Shown one piece after another: positions 37,950 through 44,648 of a stretch of 44,648 bases of DNA (positions are counted from its first letter, which is position 1; every line of letters begins with the position of its first letter). The stretch comes from Candidatus Heimdallarchaeota archaeon. GTDB lineage: Archaea > Asgardarchaeota > Heimdallarchaeia > Heimdallarchaeales > Heimdallarchaeaceae. The notes below the pieces were generated by a model. It was not told the origin of the DNA, did not search any database, and was given only the letters and a program-made list of their open reading frames with translations. The DNA lies in contig DAOVET010000012.1 in assembly GCA_030668825.1 (NCBI GenBank), positions 1-44,648 on the forward strand, given 5' to 3'. The position numbers and the translations under genes were made by a program.

Positions 37950-38288
37950 TTAAATGAATGTTGCAGTGGTATTATCTTGCTTTTTGGTTTGCTCAGGTAG
38001 AGCTATTTCTCCAAACCTTGATTCATATGCTTTTATCTGCTCTTCAACAACTTTCAGAAGGATTTTTAGTTGGTGTGGAGAAAAACTGACTTCAGCTACT
38101 ATTTCTTTGATTATTGCACGAGGAATTAGAGCACTTGGGCCTATGCTTGGTTCTGTTGCATATTCAGCTTGATCTTTGAAAATGATCATTTTAAAACCAG
38201 ATATTGAATGAACCATCTGTATACTTTCAGCATAAAAGCTGGGAACTTCCTCTTTTCTCTCTACTTTAATGGGTATATTTCTACTCAT
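37950..38288 (-). CDS. DUF3467-like protein
   Basis: FYAE...F...VSFSPHQLK.L...I.AYESRFGEI pattern. ATG 38288 is the likely start. Confidence 0.7.
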   Translation of the reverse strand: MSRNIPIKVERKEEVPSFYAESIQMVHSISGFKMIIFKDQAEYATEPSIGPSALIPRAIIKEIVAEVSFSPHQLKILLKVVEEQIKAYESRFGEIALPEQTKKQDNTTATFI

Positions 38289-38394
38289 GACTATCAATCT
38301 ATAGGGAGAGAAACACAATAAAAATATATTGTTCTATTAAGGATGTAGGAACATTAAACAAAAGTTTTTGAATAAACTAAGATTTCTAAATTTA

Positions 38395-39375
38395 ATGGCT
38401 AGCTTTGCGGTAGGAGTTGCATTGTCACTTGTAGCAGCTTTTTCTTGGGGAACATCTATGGTTATTTTCAAAGTAGGTGTAAAAAATGTTGACCCACTTG
38501 CTGCTACTTACATAAAGGGACTATTTGCTATTCCTGTTCTGCTAATTATAGGTTTTATAATTGATGGCATATATTCTTATTCAAAACTAATGTCTGGTTT
38601 TAATCTCCTCTGGCTATTTCTTGGAGTTATCTGCTTAACTTTAGGTGATTTTCTTTCACTCAGTGCTCTTAAAAAAATAGATGTATCAATAGCTCAACCA
38701 GTAACTTCGATCTATCCCATCTTTACAACCCTTACTCTTCTTATAGCTAAAATCGAAGATATAACTTGGTTCATAATTGGAGGTACTCTCCTCATATCTT
38801 CTGGTGTAATTCTTATTTCCTACTTTTCACGAAAAAATGACATGAACAATTTGAAAGCGTCTAAAGATTCAATGGAAACTGATGAGTTTGAGCAAAAAAA
38901 GAAAGCACTTCCTATGGGGATATCACTTTCAATTACTGCAGCTGTTTTTTGGGGAATAGCTATTGTTTTTAATAGATTGATTCTTGAAGATCAAACAATT
39001 GAAGTTGTACCTTTGATGGCTCTAAGAAATGGATTAATGGTAGTACTGGTCGCAATTTATGCTTTAACAAGATTCTTTATCAATAAAGAGAAATTTAGAT
39101 CTAAAGTTTTCGCACCTAGAAAAGAAACTTTAATTTTGATGGCTGGTGGTGCCGTATCATGGATTGGTGGAGGGGTTGTCTTCTTTACAGCTGTTCAACT
39201 CTTACAATCAGCAGGGATTACAACGCCTATATCTTCAATTTCTCCATTAATAGTTATGATTCTTGGAAGTATATTTCTAAAAGAAAAAATAACGCTTCCC
39301 CAGATTTTAGGAGTAATTGTTATTGTTGCAGGATCAATTGTGCTTTCCATACCAGAACTACTCTCATCTATTTAA
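38395..39375 (+). CDS. EamA/DMT-family transporter
   Basis: 10 TM helices in two repeats; AAFSWG and AAVFWG; FLKEKIT. Confidence 0.88.
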   Translation: MASFAVGVALSLVAAFSWGTSMVIFKVGVKNVDPLAATYIKGLFAIPVLLIIGFIIDGIYSYSKLMSGFNLLWLFLGVICLTLGDFLSLSALKKIDVSIAQPVTSIYPIFTTLTLLIAKIEDITWFIIGGTLLISSGVILISYFSRKNDMNNLKASKDSMETDEFEQKKKALPMGISLSITAAVFWGIAIVFNRLILEDQTIEVVPLMALRNGLMVVLVAIYALTRFFINKEKFRSKVFAPRKETLILMAGGAVSWIGGGVVFFTAVQLLQSAGITTPISSISPLIVMILGSIFLKEKITLPQILGVIVIVAGSIVLSIPELLSSI

Positions 39376-39430
39376 TAAAATAAGAAATAAAACTGGAGTA
39401 AATTTTTTGTTTTATTTACTTCACAAATTC

Positions 39431-39646
39431 TTAATCTCTTTCTCTTACAATAAATGCCTTAACAAGTTGAAGAATTGCTATTAGAACTATCAGATATGCC
39501 CAAAAAGTGTACGGACCCCACCAAGTACCTAGTATAAGATTTAGTGCTGAATTAAGCCCTATTAAGCCTCCATAATCAAAAACTGAAAGAGCTAAAAACA
39601 AAGAAGCAATTGCTTGAAACAGAGAAATTATTCTATATCCAGCCAT
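39431..39646 (-). CDS. Small 2-TM hypothetical membrane protein
   Basis: ATG 39646 has a TATA-like element ~25 nt upstream; two hydrophobic segments. Confidence 0.55.
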   Translation of the reverse strand: MAGYRIISLFQAIASLFLALSVFDYGGLIGLNSALNLILGTWWGPYTFWAYLIVLIAILQLVKAFIVRERD

Positions 39647-39710
39647 GTTGAAAATTGGTTTTCCGAAATATAAAACTTTTGCTGTAGAAGTCTGTACTTT
39701 GGTTCTTAAA

Positions 39711-40223
39711 TTAGTCACTTTTTTTAAGAAGTTTGTATTTTTTAGCTAACTTTTCTGCTAACGCTTCTTCCTCTAAAGCATGTTTTTCATCTTTGCTTAA
39801 TTCTTCAGGTAACCAAGAAGGTAGTTTTATTTCCTTCTCTTTATAATAAGTTCTGATTGCTCTTCTTAAAGCTCCTACTGCTAAAGAACCACAATGTGTT
39901 TTAACTGAAGGTAAACCACCTAAAGCTTCAGATACATCAGCCCAAGTAATTTTCCATGCTGCTTCAAGAGATTTGTTTTCGATCATAATTGTAAGCTGAC
40001 TAGCTGCTGCAATGTTTGATGCGCATCCATAGCTTTCAAAACTTGATTTAGTAATAATGGCTTTTGGTTCATCTAGTTTTAGATAGAAAGCTATCATATC
40101 TCCACAAGCTGGACTTCCAGCTGCAGCATAAACGGTCGCATCTTCCATTCTTCCAAGATTTTGAGGATTTTGAAACAATTCAAGAACTCGGGGTGCATAT
40201 GGTAAAGGTATTCTGCTTGACAT
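39711..40223 (-). CDS. iscU: IscU/NifU-N Fe-S cluster scaffold
   Basis: FQNPQNLG, ACGD, YGCAS, LGGLPSVKTHC. Confidence 0.92.
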   Translation of the reverse strand: MSSRIPLPYAPRVLELFQNPQNLGRMEDATVYAAAGSPACGDMIAFYLKLDEPKAIITKSSFESYGCASNIAAASQLTIMIENKSLEAAWKITWADVSEALGGLPSVKTHCGSLAVGALRRAIRTYYKEKEIKLPSWLPEELSKDEKHALEEEALAEKLAKKYKLLKKSD

Positions 40224-40237
40224 ATTTTATCATCCTC

Positions 40238-41449
40238 TTAAAGTTCGATTCCTCCGGTTATAGATCGGATTCTTTTTATGATTTTTGGCATTCTTTCTAG
40301 AACATAGTTGACTTGTTCTTCAGTATTTAATCGATTAATTTTCATCAGTAAACTCCCATGAGCTTCTTCTGGTTTCCTACCAATTGCTGTCAATATATGA
40401 CTTGGCATAAGTACTCTACTAGTGCAAGCACTACCGCTTGATACATAAATTCCATTCATACTACATTCAACAGTTAACGCTTCTCCTTCACAGCCTAAAA
40501 AGCTTATATTTACATTGTCTGGAGCTCTACGTTCTCCTGAAGGACCATTGATTTCAGTTCGTTCAATACTTGTTTGGAGACCATATAGTAGTTTATCTCT
40601 GAGGTTTTGTGTGTGATTTTTTATCTCATCGAAACGATTGAATTGAATCTCTACTGCTTTTGCGAAACCAGCAAGAAGAGCAGGATTTTCTACATCTGGG
40701 GAAAGTATTTCAAGACTCAATTGTCCTTCATAAATTGCTTTAATTTTTATTCCATCTTTAATATACAATCCTGCAATACCTTTGGGACCTAAGATTCTGT
40801 TGCTATTAATTGTAGCTAAATCAACCTCAACTTCTCTATAATCCAAGGGTATTCTTCCAAAAGCAGAAGTTGCATCTGTGTGGAATAAAATACTGTCATC
40901 TTTGTCTTTTACAATTTCTAATGCTTCTTTAATTGGTTGAATTGTACCTATTTCATGATTAATTGTTTGAAGACTGACTAAGAGAGTGTCACTATCAATC
41001 TTTTCTTGTAAGATGTCAAGATTTACTGTTCCATCATTGGAAACAGGAATAATCTCGACTTTGTACTGTTCACCAAACATGGATTTTGCTGTATGAATAA
41101 CACTCAAATGTTCTGTTTCTGAAACAATAATCTTCTTTCGTTTTTTATTCATTTTCGCAATTCCTTTAATTGCAAGATTATTAGATTCAGAAAAACTATG
41201 AGTTAATGCTAAAGCTTGAGGATCTATGTTTAAAGGTTTAGCAATTTTTGTTTTTGCTTTCATATAGAAATCTAGAGTTTCCCAACCCATGTGATGTGTG
41301 ATTGCAGGATTACCAAAAGTTCTCTCAAGATAAAAGGGGCGCATTTCAGCATATACTTCTTTATCAACTAAAGAACCGTTCTCCCAGTCTAGATAAACTT
41401 CCTTATCTGGTTTTCCATGTTGTTTCAATAAACCTTCTATGTTCGACAT
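40238..41449 (-). CDS. iscS: IscS-family cysteine desulfurase homologue lacking the PLP lysine
   Basis: FGNP, EHLSV, NHEIGTIQP, HTDA, GPKG and SSGSACTS are present. The SGHK motif reads NSNR. Confidence 0.88.
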   Translation of the reverse strand: MSNIEGLLKQHGKPDKEVYLDWENGSLVDKEVYAEMRPFYLERTFGNPAITHHMGWETLDFYMKAKTKIAKPLNIDPQALALTHSFSESNNLAIKGIAKMNKKRKKIIVSETEHLSVIHTAKSMFGEQYKVEIIPVSNDGTVNLDILQEKIDSDTLLVSLQTINHEIGTIQPIKEALEIVKDKDDSILFHTDATSAFGRIPLDYREVEVDLATINSNRILGPKGIAGLYIKDGIKIKAIYEGQLSLEILSPDVENPALLAGFAKAVEIQFNRFDEIKNHTQNLRDKLLYGLQTSIERTEINGPSGERRAPDNVNISFLGCEGEALTVECSMNGIYVSSGSACTSRVLMPSHILTAIGRKPEEAHGSLLMKINRLNTEEQVNYVLERMPKIIKRIRSITGGIEL

Positions 41450-41454
41450 CAGAT

Positions 41455-41709
41455 TTACTCCAATATTTCAGTAAGAAATTTTTCAATATGATCTACATCA
41501 GTGAGCATTAATTTTCCTGTTCTGTAGAAAGATAAGCTAGTTTTATCAAATTGAAACTTTTCAACCATGTTGCCGATTTTTTGTATCAGTTTTCCTTTTT
41601 TTGAAATCTTTTCATAGACTTCATCAATAGTACCCCATTTGAGCATAACGACATAACTATTGTCTTTTTTACAACTCTCTACTATCGAATCTACATATTT
41701 CTGATACAA
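41455..41709 (-). CDS. Small hypothetical protein
   Basis: TTG start after the RBS aaggag; single N-terminal Cys; LSFYRTGKLML beta-hairpin; 5 nt from the iscS start. Confidence 0.7.
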   Translation of the reverse strand: MYQKYVDSIVESCKKDNSYVVMLKWGTIDEVYEKISKKGKLIQKIGNMVEKFQFDKTSLSFYRTGKLMLTDVDHIEKFLTEILE

Positions 41710-41754
41710 AGAATTAGCTCCTTGTTACATTTCTAACGAAAGTATTGCACTTAT

Positions 41755-42264
41755 TTAATCTTTGTTTTTATCAATTTTTTTCTCTTTTTCCTTTAGCATT
41801 GCTTTACATTTCCAACAAAGATATGTAGGCTTGAGAATTGCTTCTTCTAGATTCTTAGAATATTGCATAACACAAACTTCTTTGCAGTGACCTAGTCCCA
41901 AAATATGTCCACATTCATGAATGCTCTCCTTTATTTTCATGTTTGCTGATTCTAGTCTAAAAAAAGATACTATAGCACCATAAAATTGAGTTGCTAATCC
42001 AAACACAAAATTCCTCCCGGGAACGTATAAATCTTCGTTAACAATCCATAGAAAATAAGTTATGTTTTCACCATCAATCAACTTATTTAGCAGTTTCTGA
42101 CCATCATACTGGTTCCTTGCTTTGTTAAAAGTAATAATCTCAAGCTCTCTTTTCTTAATTGATTGGATGCCAAGATCATAAGTTATTTTCAATTCTTTAA
42201 CAACTTCCTCAACTACATCATAATTTATAGAAGGATCATAGAATACTGTTAGGTTTGGAGACAT
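41755..42264 (-). CDS. amzA: Archaemetzincin Zn metalloprotease
   Basis: RNQY, DLY...NFVFG, HECGHILGLGHC..CVM, LCWKC. Confidence 0.9.
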   Translation of the reverse strand: MSPNLTVFYDPSINYDVVEEVVKELKITYDLGIQSIKKRELEIITFNKARNQYDGQKLLNKLIDGENITYFLWIVNEDLYVPGRNFVFGLATQFYGAIVSFFRLESANMKIKESIHECGHILGLGHCKEVCVMQYSKNLEEAILKPTYLCWKCKAMLKEKEKKIDKNKD

Positions 42265-42405
42265 GTTAATTACCTAATTTGTTCTGCTTGTTGTTTATTA
42301 CTTTTGTGAAGTCTTACGAGTCCAATATGTGTTGTTAGAAATTCTCCAATACCCTTGTTAATTGGAACTATTTCAGCTAGGACAGTACACCTTTGAGGTA
42401 ATAAA

Positions 42406-44058
42406 ATGAAGAAAAAGTTCGTATTAGGATTGGTTGTAATAGGTATAATATTCTTTTCTCTGACTAATAAAACATCACTAAGCACTTCTTTCAGTGAGAG
42501 TGATAAGAAAAATGATCAGTTTGTTTTAACTTTATCACCAACTTCATCTAAATTATTATATTCATCTTTAACTCCACATGACCCAATAGAAATACATAAT
42601 GATGGTGAACTCATTGATTATGGCTTTCCTGGTTTAGGGACTGCTGAGGAGCCTTATATTATTGAAAATTATTTAATTGAAACATCAGATGATTCTGGTA
42701 TATACATCGCTGGTACAGGCAAATATTTTGTTATTCGTAACTGTTATATAGATGCAGAAAACTATGGAATTCTTATAGGCTTCACGGTTGGAGTAGCTGC
42801 TGGAACAGCTTCTATTATAAATAACACTTTAACCAACAATGATAAACTTTCTATCAGATTAAGATATTCTGATGATGTGACAGTAATCAATAATACCTGT
42901 AGTCACAGTTCTACTGGTATCGGCGTGCCTTCTTCAGATGGAGTGATATTAATCAATAATACCTTTAGTCACCATATTAGTGGTATCCGTATTTTTTCCG
43001 ATGGAGCGACAGTAACCAATAACACCTTTATTAACAACGATTATGGTATCAGATTGGATTCTACCGATGGAGCGACAGTAACTGATAACACCTTTATTAA
43101 CGACGATTATGGTGTCTACTTGTCTTCTTCCTATGATGCTACTTTGATAAATAATGTTTTCTTTAACACAGGACTCTATATAGAAGAAGGAATAGAAGAA
43201 ACTGTTGAGGATTACTTATCCTATACAATAGAGAACAATTGGGTGAATGATAAATTATTAGGTTTTTACTGCAATCTCAATAAAGCTACTTTTTCAGAGC
43301 CTATCTATGGGCAATTGTTTTTCATTAATTGTACTGAAATACTCATCAGTAACCAAGAATTAGCTAATGTTCCTGTAGGTTTATATCTTAAATGGTGTGA
43401 TAATGCTACTATTTCCAATAATGTTTGCAATAATAATTATTCTAGAGGTGACTATGGTATCAATTTGTATTATTCCGATGGAGCGACAGTAACTGATAAC
43501 ACCTGTACTAACAATGAATATGGTATCCAGTTGTCTTCTTCCGATGGAGCAACTGTAGCCAATAACACCTGTACTAACAACGGTGATGGTATCCGTCTAG
43601 GTTCTCTTGACTATCCTTCTTCCGATGGAGCGACAGTAACTGATAACACCTGTACTAACAACACTAATGGTATTGAGCTATATTATGATTTTTGTTATAT
43701 TACATATAATCTCATCCAAGAAAATGAAGAGTATGGGGTTATCATAAAAGGTGATTCAAAAGATAATATCATCCACCATAACACTTTCATAAATAATAAT
43801 CTGGGAGGAACTTCTCAAGCGAGTGATTGGGGAGTTAACAACACTTGGTATGAGAAAGAAATTAAAGAAGGCAACTATTGGTCTGAGTGGGATAGTAAGA
43901 AACCTTATCTAATTGATGGTGATGCTAATTCTACTGATCCTTATCCTTTGAATGAAAATCTGGAAAGGATAAATTATGAATCTATAATCTTACTACCTTC
44001 AATTTTCCTAATAGCGATTATTCATATGAATAAAATGAAGAAAAGAAAGAAAAAGTGA
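42406..44058 (+). CDS. Surface parallel beta-helix (NosD-like) protein with C-terminal TM helix and basic tail
   Basis: Signal peptide, FPGLGTAEEPYII cap, 22-aa SDGATVTDNT repeats, GNYWS...DPYPL, TM helix plus KKRKKK. Confidence 0.9.
   Translation: MKKKFVLGLVVIGIIFFSLTNKTSLSTSFSESDKKNDQFVLTLSPTSSKLLYSSLTPHDPIEIHNDGELIDYGFPGLGTAEEPYIIENYLIETSDDSGIYIAGTGKYFVIRNCYIDAENYGILIGFTVGVAAGTASIINNTLTNNDKLSIRLRYSDDVTVINNTCSHSSTGIGVPSSDGVILINNTFSHHISGIRIFSDGATVTNNTFINNDYGIRLDSTDGATVTDNTFINDDYGVYLSSSYDATLINNVFFNTGLYIEEGIEETVEDYLSYTIENNWVNDKLLGFYCNLNKATFSEPIYGQLFFINCTEILISNQELANVPVGLYLKWCDNATISNNVCNNNYSRGDYGINLYYSDGATVTDNTCTNNEYGIQLSSSDGATVANNTCTNNGDGIRLGSLDYPSSDGATVTDNTCTNNTNGIELYYDFCYITYNLIQENEEYGVIIKGDSKDNIIHHNTFINNNLGGTSQASDWGVNNTWYEKEIKEGNYWSEWDSKKPYLIDGDANSTDPYPLNENLERINYESIILLPSIFLIAIIHMNKMKKRKKK
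42998..43660 (+). repeat. Intragenic ~66 bp repeat units
   Basis: ccgatggagc(gacagtaac) begins at 42998, 43064, 43475, 43541 and 43622. Confidence 0.85.
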
Positions 44059-44070
44059 TGAAAAGGATTT

Positions 44071-44212
44071 TTATTCTTCCTCCTCTTCCTCATCATCATT
44101 TCCCCTAGAGGAACTTAAGATTGGTTATTTGGATTTAGTTGGTTTGACCTATTATCCCTAGATGCCTTATAGGTGGGGTTATTAGGATTCATACTATTAG
44201 ATGGGAAGGCAT
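44071..44212 (-). pseudogene. Frameshifted NPNN-repeat micro-protein gene
   Basis: 44192-44115 encodes MNPNNPTYKASRDNRSNQLNPNNQS*. Another frame continues SSRGNDDEEEEEE* to 44071, and an upstream ATG at 44212 follows an RBS-like aggt. Confidence 0.6.
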
Positions 44213-44230
44213 GTATATTACCTAATTTAT

Positions 44231-44647
44231 TCAGCTAGTTGTATATTTCTTTTGTGAGGTTTTACTTAGTTCATATTTATCTAATAATTGCTTAGAAATA
44301 GCATTATCTTTTGCTATTTTACCATACATTCTTGCAGATTCTCTAACAATACGTTCCTTAGTAGAATAATCTATTTCAATCAAACCAAAACGAGGTTCAA
44401 AACCCTCTGCCCACTCCCAATTGTCTAGAGAAGACCAATAAAAGAATCCTTTAACATCAGCACCATTAGATATAGCTTTGTTTACTTCAATTAAATGAGA
44501 TAGAATGAATTTTTGTCTTTCTTCATCATGTAAAGTGGCCATTCCATTTTCAGTAATATATATTGGTCCTTTGAATTCTCTTTTTACTCTCATAATATCT
44601 TCATAAAGACCTTGAGGATAGACTCCCCACCCCATTTGAGTTGTCTC
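44231..44647 (-). CDS. Glycoside hydrolase family 1, C-terminal part (5' truncated by the window)
   Basis: MGW.VYPQG, ITENG nucleophile, YWSSLDNWEWAEGF..RFGL. Confidence 0.93.
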   Translation of the reverse strand, partial: ETTQMGWGVYPQGLYEDIMRVKREFKGPIYITENGMATLHDEERQKFILSHLIEVNKAISNGADVKGFFYWSSLDNWEWAEGFEPRFGLIEIDYSTKERIVRESARMYGKIAKDNAISKQLLDKYELSKTSQKKYTTS

Positions 44648-44648
44648 A

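Noticed and set aside
42270-42485. 71-aa minus-strand ORF upstream of amzA
   Set aside because: Overlaps the start of the beta-helix gene on the opposite strand and shows no motif.
42998-43660. CRISPR-like periodicity (~66 bp)
   Set aside because: The repeats are in-frame protein repeats with similar intervening sequence, and no cas genes are present.
1-44648. tRNA, rRNA, provirus or defence genes
   Set aside because: No GC-rich structured RNA segments and no capsid, terminase, cas or restriction motifs were recognised by eye; a covariance-model scan would be needed to exclude small RNAs.

Overview
AT-rich archaeal chromosomal segment, most consistent with an Asgard archaeon such as Heimdallarchaeia. 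That assignment is inferred from TATA-like promoters, archaemetzincin, an aIF-2B-like protein, a roadblock-fold coiled-coil protein, an MglA/Arf-like small GTPase, and paralogous beta-helix surface proteins with polybasic tails. About 40 CDS are supported. No tRNA, rRNA or CRISPR array was seen. The first ~8 kb is an accessory patchwork with duplicated intergenic sequence. The best candidate for a new system is an NAD-kinase-fold protein that has lost the catalytic GGDG motif, keeps the NAD-binding motifs, is fused to a winged-helix DNA-binding domain, and sits divergently from nadA-nadC across a palindrome-containing spacer: a putative NAD-sensing transcription factor. Other highlights: a GTPase-hyp-hyp-serine recombinase cassette with a res-like site, an IscS lacking its PLP lysine next to IscU, a roadblock plus long coiled-coil protein with a CxxC motif, and an uncalled, decayed NPNN-repeat micro-gene. 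All calls come from reading motifs by eye, with no database searches.
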